Virus record (IMG/VR): IMGVR_UViG_3300031576_000051
Span: 1 to 56,272 of that record
Origin: a virus
Lineage: Duplodnaviria > Caudoviricetes
DNA: 56,272 nucleotides
Reading direction: 5' to 3' (one strand)
This document shows, piece after piece, positions 8,696 through 17,355 of this stretch (position 1 is its first letter; the number at the start of each line of letters is the position of its first letter). The notes under the pieces were generated by a model. The model had not been told where the DNA came from, ran no database searches, and saw only the letters and a program-made list of their open reading frames with translations. A program made the position numbers and the translations under genes.

Positions 8696-9502
8696 ATGGC
8701 AAAGAAGGAAGCTGGCAGCAGCATGGTGAAGTGGGACGAGGAGCTTGCGCGCGACGCACAGGTTGCGGCGGGCATGGCCGCGAGCCTCGGAGGCAGTAAG
8801 TTCATCTCGATCCGCGGAGGCATCCTCGCCGTGGACGGAGCGCCCATCCCGGGCAACCGCTTCGCGGGGGTCATCGTCGGATGGACGCTCGAGAACGCCT
8901 ACTACGAAGGGGAGTTCGATCCCGACGAGCCGAAGCCTCCGACGTGCTACGCGTTCGGTCGCGACGTGACGTCGATGGCCCCCCACGAGGAAGTCGTCAA
9001 GGCGGGGGACGCGGTGAGCGAGGAGTGCCGCGGCTGCCCGAACAACGCGTGGGGCTCGGCCGACAAGGGAAGAGGGAAGGCCTGCAAGAACATCGCCCGC
9101 CTCGCCATCATCCAGGCGGGTCAGTACATGGGAGAGAGCGGCAACAAGCTGAAGCTCATCACCGACTCGAGCTACTACGAGAAGGCCGAGGTGCGGATGC
9201 TGAAGCTCCCCGTGACGAGCGTCAGCGGGTTCACCGGCTACATCAAGCAGGTGCAGGCGGCGTACGGGGAGAAGACGAACCTCGCGCAGTTCGCGACGAA
9301 GGTGGCCTGCGTGCCCGACCCGAAGTCGCAGTACAAGATCACGCTCGAGGCGATCCAGCAGCTGCCCAAGGACGTGATGCCGGCGGTCTTCGCGAAGTGG
9401 AAGGAGACGCAGCCGACGATGGCGCAGGCGTACCCCGCGGCGGAGGAGGCCCCGAAGGGGAAGAAGGGCAAGAACGGCAAGCCCTCGAAGCCGAGGTACT
9501 GA
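8696..9502 (+). CDS. Putative ssDNA-binding/annealing protein
   Basis: NAYYEGEFDPD..PPTCYA, C..CP.N.WGS..GKACKN; position upstream of the polymerase. Confidence 0.65.
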   Translation: MAKKEAGSSMVKWDEELARDAQVAAGMAASLGGSKFISIRGGILAVDGAPIPGNRFAGVIVGWTLENAYYEGEFDPDEPKPPTCYAFGRDVTSMAPHEEVVKAGDAVSEECRGCPNNAWGSADKGRGKACKNIARLAIIQAGQYMGESGNKLKLITDSSYYEKAEVRMLKLPVTSVSGFTGYIKQVQAAYGEKTNLAQFATKVACVPDPKSQYKITLEAIQQLPKDVMPAVFAKWKETQPTMAQAYPAAEEAPKGKKGKNGKPSKPRY

Positions 9503-9770
9503 GCGCCGAGATCTCGGAGGAGCGTGCAGGAGTGCTCCGACGACGGTGGGGTAGCCGGCCGGCGATCGGCTCTCTGAAGCGAGGCCCGGGATACGTCATC
9601 GGCTGAAGGACGCGGCCCTAGCGGCAACGGACTTCGAGGAGACGGACGAGAGCTGACCTTGACTCGTGGCTCGCACAAGGTCGAAGGACGCCATCGAGGC
9701 CAAGGCGTGAATCTCCTCGAGCGCGGTGCAGCCTCCTAGGTGTAGCCGAAAGAGGCATAGCGCCGCGTCT
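9503..9770 (+). ncRNA. Putative structured non-coding RNA
   Basis: Several nested stems, e.g. 9634-9642/9712-9720, 9655-9661/9676-9682, 9721-9729/9760-9768. Confidence 0.5.
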
Positions 9771-9838
9771 GTCAAGGGTGGCTGAGAGGGAGAGGCCACG
9801 AGGCATCGTGAACGCGGGTTCGATTCCCGCCCCTTGGC
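9771..9838 (+). ncRNA. tRNA-like element lacking a canonical anticodon loop
   Basis: Acceptor TCAAGGG/CCCTTGG, D-arm with GG, T-arm GCGGG-TTCGATT-CCCGC; anticodon arm is CACGA-GGCA-TCGTG. Confidence 0.75.
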
Positions 9839-9856
9839 TTGAAAGGAAGGACGAAG

Positions 9857-10114
9857 ATGGCGAAGACGAAGAGGCATGGAGCTGGAAACAACGAGCTGCG
9901 GGCGGACGTGGATCCGCTCGCGAACTGGTACGCGTTGAACGATGAGGTGATGCGGCTCGACGAGAAGGGCGCGGCCGCGTTGCTGGACAGGGAGCGAGAG
10001 GGCCAGGCGAGGACGAGGTTCATGAAGAGAATCCACGGGCGCATCAACCGGCTGAGGGCCGAGCGCGAGCGAGCTGAGATCGAGAGCCTCGCCGCGGAAG
10101 GGAGGATGGCGTAA
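9857..10114 (+). CDS. Hypothetical protein
   Basis: SD AAGGA; TAATG coupling to next ORF. Confidence 0.65.
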   Translation: MAKTKRHGAGNNELRADVDPLANWYALNDEVMRLDEKGAAALLDREREGQARTRFMKRIHGRINRLRAERERAEIESLAAEGRMA

Positions 10115-10797
10115 TGATCGTCAACACGCTGGAGCGCGAGGGCGTCCTGACCTGCGACGTCGAGCAATGCTCCTTCTGCGGGCTGAACCACGAGGAGGAC
10201 GTTCTCAAGAGGGACGAGAAGGGCTATTACTTCATGTGCACGACCCGCACGAGCTTCGGGGCTCCGGACGGGCATCGGGTTGACGTCGAGGTGAGGGAGG
10301 ACCGAACGCTAAATCAGCTCGAGGAGCATCGGCTGCGGCTGCAGGCCCTGATGAAGGAGGCGGTGGCTCCGCTGCTCGAGCGGCTCGACCTGTCGGAGAG
10401 GAACGCGGCCGAGTACCAGGCGCAGGCCGACGAGCTTGCGCGCCGACTGCGGGAGAAGAGGGACAAGGAGGACGACGCCCGCCTCGCCGATGCCCGACGG
10501 CGCTTCCGCGTCTCCCTCGCCGCAGAGCTGTCCTGCAAGACGTACACCTCCGCCAAGGCGGCGCTCGGAGCGGCCGACGACCTGCTCGAGGAGGCGGGCT
10601 GCGAGGGCGTGGTCACCGAGGAGAGCTACGAGCTTGAGAGGAAGAACGCGGCGAAGCTCGGCTCGGACCTGATGACCCTTCACGCGGCCGTCGGCGCCCT
10701 GATGGATCCGGAAGGCAAGCTCTCCCCTCCCGAGGGGCCCGAGCGCGCGACGCTCGAGGCGGTCTACATGCGTCTGCGAAGGGAGCGTGGCTGGTGA
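10114..10797 (+). CDS. Hypothetical protein (CxxC...H, coiled coil)
   Basis: Coupled ORF with typical codon usage. Confidence 0.65.
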   Translation: MIVNTLEREGVLTCDVEQCSFCGLNHEEDVLKRDEKGYYFMCTTRTSFGAPDGHRVDVEVREDRTLNQLEEHRLRLQALMKEAVAPLLERLDLSERNAAEYQAQADELARRLREKRDKEDDARLADARRRFRVSLAAELSCKTYTSAKAALGAADDLLEEAGCEGVVTEESYELERKNAAKLGSDLMTLHAAVGALMDPEGKLSPPEGPERATLEAVYMRLRRERGW

Positions 10798-10988
10798 AGA
10801 TCATCGGACGACGGACGGTGCTCATCATGAAAGAGGTGGAGTTCGAGTTCGAGTCCCTCGCCGAGCCGCCGGTGAAGTGCTGCAGGTGCTTCCCCTCGTG
10901 CGTGAACGAGCGAGGCATCTGCGGCTGCTGCCTCTTCGACCACGCGAACGGGACTCGGTCGAACCCCGAGCCCGAGGAGGTGGTGTGA
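10794..10988 (+). CDS. Small Cys-rich hypothetical protein
   Basis: Coupled on both sides; supplies the SD for the polymerase. Confidence 0.55.
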   Translation: MKIIGRRTVLIMKEVEFEFESLAEPPVKCCRCFPSCVNERGICGCCLFDHANGTRSNPEPEEVV

Positions 10989-13099
10989 TGGTCGCCGCGA
11001 CGACGATCGTCAGCGTTCGCAGGCGAGCGGCACAGATGGCCGAGAAGGTCCTGAAGCTCGCGAGGAAGAAGCCCTCTCCGGTCTGCATCGACTTCGAGAG
11101 CGACGGCGTGGAGCCGAGGCCTCGCTACCCTCCGAAGCCCGTGGGCGTCTCCGTCAAGTATCCGGGCAAGCCCGCCAGGTACTACGGGTTCGGTCACGTC
11201 GATTGCGTTCACTGCGGCCAGAAGGCGGCGAACGACTGCACGGAAGCCGAGGCGAAGGCGGCGCTCAAGAAGGCCTACGCGCACCCCGACGGCATCCTCT
11301 GTCAGAACGGAAAGTTCGACGTGGACGTGGCCGAGGTCCACTGGGGTCTGCCGGCGCCCGACTGGACCGACGTTCACGACACGATGTTCCTCATCTTCCT
11401 CGATGACCCAAACCAGACGACCTTCAGCTTGAAGCCCGCGGCCGAGCGAATCTTGAAGATGAAGCCGGAGGAGAAGGACGCCGTGGGCGAATGGCTCGTC
11501 AAGCACCAGCCGGTGAAGGGCGTCAAGATCTCCCTCGCCCAACGCTCGCCGACCTACTTCATGAAGTACCTTCGGTTCGCTCCTGCCCCGCTCGTCGGTC
11601 GCTACGCCAACGGAGACGTCGTGCGCACCGAGCGGATCTTCGACAAGCTGTGGCCGAAGATGAAGCGGAGGGGGATGCTCGCGGCTTACGAGCGCGAGCG
11701 GCGGTTGATGCCGTGCCTCCTGACGATGGAGCGGCAGGGAGTCCCCATCTGGCGCGACCGCCTGCGAAAGGACTGCGCGCTCCTCTCCAGATGGTTCACG
11801 AAGGTGGACGCGTGGGTGCGCTCGAGGCTCGGGTGCTCGGAGGAGGTCAACCTCAACTCGGGCGACCAGCTGTTCGAGGCGATGCTCAAGGCGAAGGTCG
11901 TCGACCGCAAGCTCGCGCTCAGGACGCCCACGGGCAAGTACCAGACGAACAAGGAGGCGCTGCTTCACGCCGTATCGGACAAGGCCTTGCTCGCGGTCCT
12001 GAAGTACCGAGCGCAGCTCAAGACGTGCCTAGGGACGTTCATGCACCCGTGGCTCGAGACGGCCGACGCCTCCGCGCAGGCGGGACTGTGCTCGAAGGAG
12101 ATACTGCGGGAGGGCAAGAGCCTCATCTTCACCAGCTGGAATCAGGTGAAGGGGGACGCTCGAGGAGGGAACGTCGGCGCCAGGACGGGCCGGCTCTCGA
12201 GCACGCCGAACTTCCAGAACATCCCGAAGGTCTTCGATCAGATCTTCGATCATCAGCTGACCGCGAAGGAGCGGCTGCGGAGGAGGGAGGAGGGCAAGCC
12301 TCCGCTTCCCAAGCTCCCCGCGGCGCTGCGCGGGCTCCCCGCCCTCCCGCAGGTTCGGTGCTACGTGGCTCCGTTCCCCGGCGAGGTCCTCATCGACCGC
12401 GACTTTGCCGCGCAGGAACCTCGCATCATGGCGCACTTCGACGGCGGGCGTATTCTCGAGATGTACAAAGCTGACCCGTGGATGGATTTTCATTCCACGG
12501 TGCAGAAGCTCCTCGCGGACGCGGGACTGCACTATGAGCGGAAGAAGGTCAAGGGCACGTCGCTCGGCATCATGTATGGTCAGGGCGTGGGGTTGCTCGC
12601 CGAGCGACTGGACCTTGAGGTGGAGGAGGCGCGGAAGTTGAAGAACGCCATCTTGGGGATCCTCGTCGGCCTTCGTGAGATGTACCAGGAGGCGAAGAAG
12701 CGAGCCGCGGAGAATCGACCCGTGACCACCTGGGGCGGCCGAGAATATTACTGCGAACCGCCCCGCATCGTGGACGGACGGTTTCGTCAGTTCGATTACA
12801 AACTTGTTAACGTGCTCATCCAGGGGTCGGCGGCGGATGCCACCAAGGAGGCCATCGTGCGCTACGTCGCGACGAAACCGAAGGGGCATCGTCTGTTACT
12901 CAACGTGCACGACCAGCTGACCGCCAGCGTGCCGAGGACCCAAGTGCGAAGCGGAATGGAAACGATGCGCAAGGCAATGGAGGAACTGGAGTTCGATGTT
13001 CCGCTGCTGACGGAAGGTTCGGTCAGCGACGAAAGTTGGGCTGACCTCATGCCGTACGACAAAAAAGGACGGATCTGTGTCGACGAACCGGCGACTTAA
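10988..13099 (+). CDS. polA: DNA polymerase family A with 3'-5' exonuclease domain
   Basis: Exo IDFE, NGKFD, DTM; TGRLSS..PNFQNIP; motif A DFAAQEPRI, motif B KGTSLGIMYG, IQGSAAD, motif C VHDQ. Confidence 0.95.
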   Translation: MVAATTIVSVRRRAAQMAEKVLKLARKKPSPVCIDFESDGVEPRPRYPPKPVGVSVKYPGKPARYYGFGHVDCVHCGQKAANDCTEAEAKAALKKAYAHPDGILCQNGKFDVDVAEVHWGLPAPDWTDVHDTMFLIFLDDPNQTTFSLKPAAERILKMKPEEKDAVGEWLVKHQPVKGVKISLAQRSPTYFMKYLRFAPAPLVGRYANGDVVRTERIFDKLWPKMKRRGMLAAYERERRLMPCLLTMERQGVPIWRDRLRKDCALLSRWFTKVDAWVRSRLGCSEEVNLNSGDQLFEAMLKAKVVDRKLALRTPTGKYQTNKEALLHAVSDKALLAVLKYRAQLKTCLGTFMHPWLETADASAQAGLCSKEILREGKSLIFTSWNQVKGDARGGNVGARTGRLSSTPNFQNIPKVFDQIFDHQLTAKERLRRREEGKPPLPKLPAALRGLPALPQVRCYVAPFPGEVLIDRDFAAQEPRIMAHFDGGRILEMYKADPWMDFHSTVQKLLADAGLHYERKKVKGTSLGIMYGQGVGLLAERLDLEVEEARKLKNAILGILVGLREMYQEAKKRAAENRPVTTWGGREYYCEPPRIVDGRFRQFDYKLVNVLIQGSAADATKEAIVRYVATKPKGHRLLLNVHDQLTASVPRTQVRSGMETMRKAMEELEFDVPLLTEGSVSDESWADLMPYDKKGRICVDEPAT

Positions 13100-13523
13100 G
13101 CGCAAGAGCTGTGCGGTGTGCGGCGAGGAGTTCATGCCGACGGGCTCCTGCGCGAAATATTGCTCTGAGGCTTGCAAAGAAGCGGTGTGGACCAAAGAGC
13201 GGCTCGCGCAGAAGTCCTACGACTGGCAAGTCAAGAATGGTGTCATCCAAAAGCCTGGCGCCGGAACGGGCCACAACCAGCGACATGGAATAGATAACCC
13301 GGCGTTCAAGCCGAACGCGCCACATCGCTACCGAGATCACGTCAAGGAGGCCTGCGAGCGCTGCGGGTCGACGCAGTTTCTCGTGGGTCACCACAAGAAC
13401 CGCAAGGGCGTTCGCTCGAAGCGGCCGGACAACCGTAGAAGTAACATCGAGACGCTTTGCAAGAGCTGTCATCAAAAGGAGCACGAGGTTCATAAGAACT
13501 TCGTGCAAGGGAGAGCTGCGTGA
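13077..13523 (+). CDS. HNH homing endonuclease with N-terminal Zn-finger
   Basis: CAVCGEEF...YCSEAC; CERCG...HHKN...DN..SNIETLCKSCH..EH. Confidence 0.85.
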   Translation: MSTNRRLKRKSCAVCGEEFMPTGSCAKYCSEACKEAVWTKERLAQKSYDWQVKNGVIQKPGAGTGHNQRHGIDNPAFKPNAPHRYRDHVKEACERCGSTQFLVGHHKNRKGVRSKRPDNRRSNIETLCKSCHQKEHEVHKNFVQGRAA

Positions 13524-14449
13524 AAAAGACAACGGCGGCGAAGAGGCTGGCGGCCGAGATGCGAGCGAAGAGGGGCGGCGGCAAGGAGTACGCCTTCGCC
13601 TCGTGGTCGTTCACCCGCTACAACGACTACAGGCTCTGTCCGCTGAAGGCTCGGCTGAAGCATCTCGGCATCGAGGGCGTCAACGACGGGAAGAAGATAG
13701 AGGAGCCAGGCAGCGACGCGATGGCCCGAGGCTCGGCCATAGGCGTGCTCGCTCAGATCTACATCACGGGCAAGCTCCTCGATCTCGGCGACAAGGAGGA
13801 GCGCAAGAAGTTCGACGAGCTGATCGGCTACTACCATTCGGACGAGAGGTTCGCCAAGAAGGTGATGAAGGGGATCGCCGGAGGCCTCCTCCCCGACGAG
13901 CTTGAGAGGTTCAAGAAGACCTTCGCCGAGATGCGAGCCCTGCACAGGAAGGCACCGCAACGAATGGTGGTCGAGAAGACGTGGGCGATGCGCAAGGACT
14001 GGTCGCCGACGGTCTTCGACGACTGGAACGGATGCGCGGTGCGGGTGAAGATCGACTGCGGCAACATGACCGCTCCGACGAGGATGATCATCCGCGACTG
14101 GAAGACCGGCAAGTATCGCGCGGAGAAGCTCGAGGAGTACGTGGAGCAGCTCGAGCTGTACGCGCTCACCGCGTTCCAGCTGAACGATCAGCTCGAGGGC
14201 GTCGAGGCGTTCCTGTTCTTCCTCGACCACGGCATCGTCTACCCCGAGCCCGACGGAGAGGACGCGAAGCGGCTCACCTTCGTTCGCACCGACGTGCCGC
14301 GACTGAAGAAGCTCTGGGACAAACGCACTCGCGCGATGCTGCTCGACAGGGCGTTCGCCGCCAGGCCGAACCGCCTCTGTCAGTGGTGTCATTACAGGAA
14401 GGCCAACGCGGCCGCGATGCCGGGAGGCAAGGCGTTGTGCAAGTATTGA
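13520..14449 (+). CDS. PD-(D/E)xK Cas4/RecB-like exonuclease
   Basis: SWSF...CP; KID...DWKTGK...QLELYA; C-terminal CQWC...C. Confidence 0.85.
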   Translation: MKKTTAAKRLAAEMRAKRGGGKEYAFASWSFTRYNDYRLCPLKARLKHLGIEGVNDGKKIEEPGSDAMARGSAIGVLAQIYITGKLLDLGDKEERKKFDELIGYYHSDERFAKKVMKGIAGGLLPDELERFKKTFAEMRALHRKAPQRMVVEKTWAMRKDWSPTVFDDWNGCAVRVKIDCGNMTAPTRMIIRDWKTGKYRAEKLEEYVEQLELYALTAFQLNDQLEGVEAFLFFLDHGIVYPEPDGEDAKRLTFVRTDVPRLKKLWDKRTRAMLLDRAFAARPNRLCQWCHYRKANAAAMPGGKALCKY

Positions 14450-14718
14450 GCGATGAGACGCTGGAGCGACTGGGCCTAGGCCTGGCCTTCCTCCTCCTGT
14501 GGTTTCTCGTCGGCGTCGGGCTCGTCCTCTTCCGCAGGTGGTCGAGGCGTCGGTGGGAGGACCGCGTGTTGCGCGGGCCTAGGCCTCCCTGCCCTCACCG
14601 CTTCATCCGCGTTCGCTGGCGGGTCGAGGGGGAGCGGTTCGTCGACCCGAAGCCGGAGTGCGCCGACTGCGGCGCCGAGGTCCCCAACGTCGTCGTCAAG
14701 GAGGAGAGGAAGCCATGA
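14446..14718 (+). CDS. Small membrane protein with Zn-ribbon
   Basis: Hydrophobic segment LGLGLAFLLLWFLVGVGLVLF; CPH...CADCG. Confidence 0.55.
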   Translation: MSDETLERLGLGLAFLLLWFLVGVGLVLFRRWSRRRWEDRVLRGPRPPCPHRFIRVRWRVEGERFVDPKPECADCGAEVPNVVVKEERKP

Positions 14719-14954
14719 ACAAGCCGCAGAGGAGGTTCGTCGTTACGGTCGAGGTGAGCGGCGACGAATGGGAGGACGTCAAGATGCAGCTTCGCGATCT
14801 GCTGCCGCACCTGGAGGACCATGGCCCTCGATGCGACTCGGTGGGAGGCGGAGTCTCGTCGGGCCATTGGGTTCGCGTCGTGGAGAACCCCGAGATGACC
14901 AACGAGCGCTACCACGAGGCGCTCGACAGATACCTAGGCCTGGAGAAGACATGA
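14715..14954 (+). CDS. Hypothetical protein
   Basis: ATGA coupling, SD. Confidence 0.6.
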   Translation: MNKPQRRFVVTVEVSGDEWEDVKMQLRDLLPHLEDHGPRCDSVGGGVSSGHWVRVVENPEMTNERYHEALDRYLGLEKT

Positions 14955-15565
14955 GGCGCTACCGCACGGGCTGCTTCGACCCGCCGTGGCCGGAGCACGG
15001 AGGAGGCAAGGTCAAGCGTGGCGCAGATCGTCACTATCCGTTGATGAAGGTGCGGGAGATCCGTGAGCTTCGGATCCGCGGGCGCTACCTGATGGACTCG
15101 TTCGAGGACGATTCGCACATGTACCTCTGGGCGACGAACAACTTTCTCGAGGCCGCGTTCGACGTCCTGAAGGCGTGGGAGTTCCGCTACGTGACCTGCG
15201 TCACCTGGGGCAAGGTTGAGCTGCGGGACGTTCCGCAGGATCTCCTCCTGGCCTCCGGCGTCGGCGTGAACGACCTCGTGCGGATCCAGACGGGCCTAGG
15301 CCAATACTTCAGGGGCGCGACGGAGCACCTTCTGTTCGGCGTGCGCGGGCGACTCCCCTACCGCACGAACCCGATCACGGGCAAAAGGGCGCAGGGCCGA
15401 ACGCTCGTGCTCTGCCCGCGCGTGAAGGAGGAGGCGAAGGACAAGCACTCGAGGAAGCCGCAGGTCTTCTATGACGCCGTGCGGCTGGTGAGCCCCGGGC
15501 CGTACCTCGAAGGCTTCGCCAGGCGCCCGCGCAAGGGCTGGGCTGTTTGGGGCAACGAGGTGTAG
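14951..15565 (+). CDS. MT-A70-family N6-adenine methyltransferase
   Basis: DPPW...HYPLM, LWATN, GLGQYFRGATEHLLFG, HSRKP, LEGFAR...GWAVWGNE. Confidence 0.9.
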   Translation: MRRYRTGCFDPPWPEHGGGKVKRGADRHYPLMKVREIRELRIRGRYLMDSFEDDSHMYLWATNNFLEAAFDVLKAWEFRYVTCVTWGKVELRDVPQDLLLASGVGVNDLVRIQTGLGQYFRGATEHLLFGVRGRLPYRTNPITGKRAQGRTLVLCPRVKEEAKDKHSRKPQVFYDAVRLVSPGPYLEGFARRPRKGWAVWGNEV

Positions 15566-15594
15566 AGAGGTTCGCTTCACCCAAAGGAGGGACG

Positions 15595-15939
15595 ATGCAC
15601 GCGTTCGAGGCGAAGGGAGGCACGGTGTTCCATCACAACTCTGACCTCAGCGGTGAGGTCATCGTGGCCAACAAGCTTGGGGAGGAGGTCCGAGTCGGCT
15701 ACGAGGACCTACGCGAGTTCGTGAAGAGGAAGGATGCTGAACGGCCGAGGGAGGCGTACAAGGCACCGTCTCCCTCACCGCAGTTTCAGGAGAGGCTCAG
15801 GCAGCTGCCCGCGACGAAGGCGATGGTCTGCGTGGCCATCGAGGCGCTGAGGCTCAAGCTGGACGATGACGGCAAGCTGACGCCGTGGGGGAGGCAGATG
15901 TTCGACGTGGCATTGAACTCGGTGAAGGGAGCGAGGTAG
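15595..15939 (+). CDS. Hypothetical protein
   Basis: AAGGAGG SD. Confidence 0.6.
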   Translation: MHAFEAKGGTVFHHNSDLSGEVIVANKLGEEVRVGYEDLREFVKRKDAERPREAYKAPSPSPQFQERLRQLPATKAMVCVAIEALRLKLDDDGKLTPWGRQMFDVALNSVKGAR

Positions 15940-15942
15940 AAC

Positions 15943-16140
15943 ATGGAAAGGTTGCAGATGATGATCGCGATGCAATTGATGGGGATGACGATGAGCAAGG
16001 GGAGAGCCGCGACGCCCGCGGAGATCGACTCGTTCGTCGCCGCGGCGAAGATGGCGCTCGAGAAGTGCTACGCCGTCTGGCCGCAGGTGGATGACCTGGA
16101 GCGAAAGGCAGACGCGGCTCGAGCGGGGAGGCCTCGGTGA
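15943..16140 (+). CDS. Hypothetical protein
   Basis: GAGGT SD; coupled to next ORF. Confidence 0.5.
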   Translation: MERLQMMIAMQLMGMTMSKGRAATPAEIDSFVAAAKMALEKCYAVWPQVDDLERKADAARAGRPR

Positions 16141-16604
16141 GCGGCATGGAGTTCAGCGGCGCCGGCGTCAAGCACGACCTGGGGAAGCCTCGCTACGACC
16201 TCGTGCCCACCCGAGCCGTGCGCGAGTTCGTCGAGGTGCTGACCTTCGGCGCCAAGAAGTACACGGCCAACGGGTGGAGGAAGGTCGTGGGCTGGCGCTG
16301 GCGCTACCTCCGAGCGGCGCTCACCCACGTGTTCCAGTTCCTCGGAGGTCAGGCGCGCGATCCAGAGACGAACCTCCACCACCTGGCCCACGCGCTCTGC
16401 TGCCTCTTCTTCGTGCTCGAGCACGAGCTGATCCTCGAGCTTGGGACGAAGGCGGAGCGCGCGCTCGTTCCCGACGGCGACGCGGAGGCTCCGCCCGGCT
16501 CGCAGGAGGCCCCCAACTTCGAAACCAAGATGGATCCGAACGGGGCGCCGGATCGCTGGTCGCTGGTCAACGGAAAGAGGAAGCGCAAGGGGAGGGGGCG
16601 ATGA
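16137..16604 (+). CDS. DUF5664 / dATP-dGTP diphosphohydrolase N-terminal domain protein
   Basis: GVKHDLGKPRYDLVP...FGAKKY...W...DPETNLHHLAHA. Confidence 0.85.
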   Translation: MSGMEFSGAGVKHDLGKPRYDLVPTRAVREFVEVLTFGAKKYTANGWRKVVGWRWRYLRAALTHVFQFLGGQARDPETNLHHLAHALCCLFFVLEHELILELGTKAERALVPDGDAEAPPGSQEAPNFETKMDPNGAPDRWSLVNGKRKRKGRGR

Positions 16605-16714
16605 CCTTCTGGCAGTTCGCCGACGCCCATCCATTCGTCACGCTCGCCTGCGCGTGGCTCGCGGCGATGACGACGATGTACGTGGCCTATCAAATCGGAG
16701 GGAGGCGGAAATGA
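16601..16714 (+). CDS. Small membrane protein
   Basis: 37 aa with one hydrophobic helix; ATGA overlaps on both sides. Confidence 0.5.
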   Translation: MTFWQFADAHPFVTLACAWLAAMTTMYVAYQIGGRRK

Positions 16715-17355
16715 AGATCTACCTGGCGAGCAGCTGGCGCAACAAGGAGTTCCCACGCGTCAGAGATCTGCTGAGGTCGGCGGGCAACGAGGTCTACGAT
16801 TTCACGAAAGCGGCGACCGCGTTCCACTGGTCGGCTCTCGACCCCGAGTGGGAGAGATGGTCGAGCGCGACGTTCAGGGACGCCCTCGACCACCCGCTCG
16901 CGGACGCCGCGTTCAGGGCGGACATGGATGCGCTCGAGGGTTGCGAGGCCTGCGTGCTCCTCCTTCCGTGCAACCGCTCCGCCCATCTCGAGGCGGGCCA
17001 TGCGGTCGCGGCGGGCAAGCGGGTCGTCGTGATGACGGACAGCCTCGAGCGGCCGGAGCTGATGTACAAGATGACCCACGCGGTCGTGCTCTCCGATGAG
17101 GAGCTGCTCGCCGCGCTGGCGAATCCCCGAGAGCTAACCGACGCCGAGGCGAAGCTGATGGACGTAGAGGCCTGCTACAGACACCTCGAGGCCGGAGCGG
17201 CTCACCCCATCGTCGCCGAGCGGATGCGAGACGAGCGGCTCCTGACTTGGTTCAAGGTCGGGGAGAACACCATCAAGAGCCAGCGCGAACGCATCGAGGA
17301 ACTGGAGAAGCGACCGAAGTGGACGGGGCCAGGTCCGATGCCGGACGTCAGCTGA
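16711..17355 (+). CDS. Nucleoside 2-deoxyribosyltransferase-like / dNMP N-glycosidase
   Basis: KIYLASS...D..AL..C...VLLL...SAHLEAG.A...GK.V, the NDT-fold pattern. Confidence 0.7.
   Translation: MKIYLASSWRNKEFPRVRDLLRSAGNEVYDFTKAATAFHWSALDPEWERWSSATFRDALDHPLADAAFRADMDALEGCEACVLLLPCNRSAHLEAGHAVAAGKRVVVMTDSLERPELMYKMTHAVVLSDEELLAALANPRELTDAEAKLMDVEACYRHLEAGAAHPIVAERMRDERLLTWFKVGENTIKSQRERIEELEKRPKWTGPGPMPDVS

Noticed and set aside
9771-9838. Canonical tRNA or tmRNA gene
   Set aside because: The anticodon loop is only 4 nt; the D- and T-arms are contiguous with no tag reading frame between them.
13520-14449. Cas4 as part of a CRISPR-Cas system
   Set aside because: No repeat-spacer array or other cas genes seen; stand-alone Cas4-like nucleases are usual in phage replication modules.
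16137-16604. Z-genome (2-aminoadenine) or 7-deazaguanine pathway
   Set aside because: No PurZ, DatZ, FolE/QueCDE or DpdA homolog recognised.
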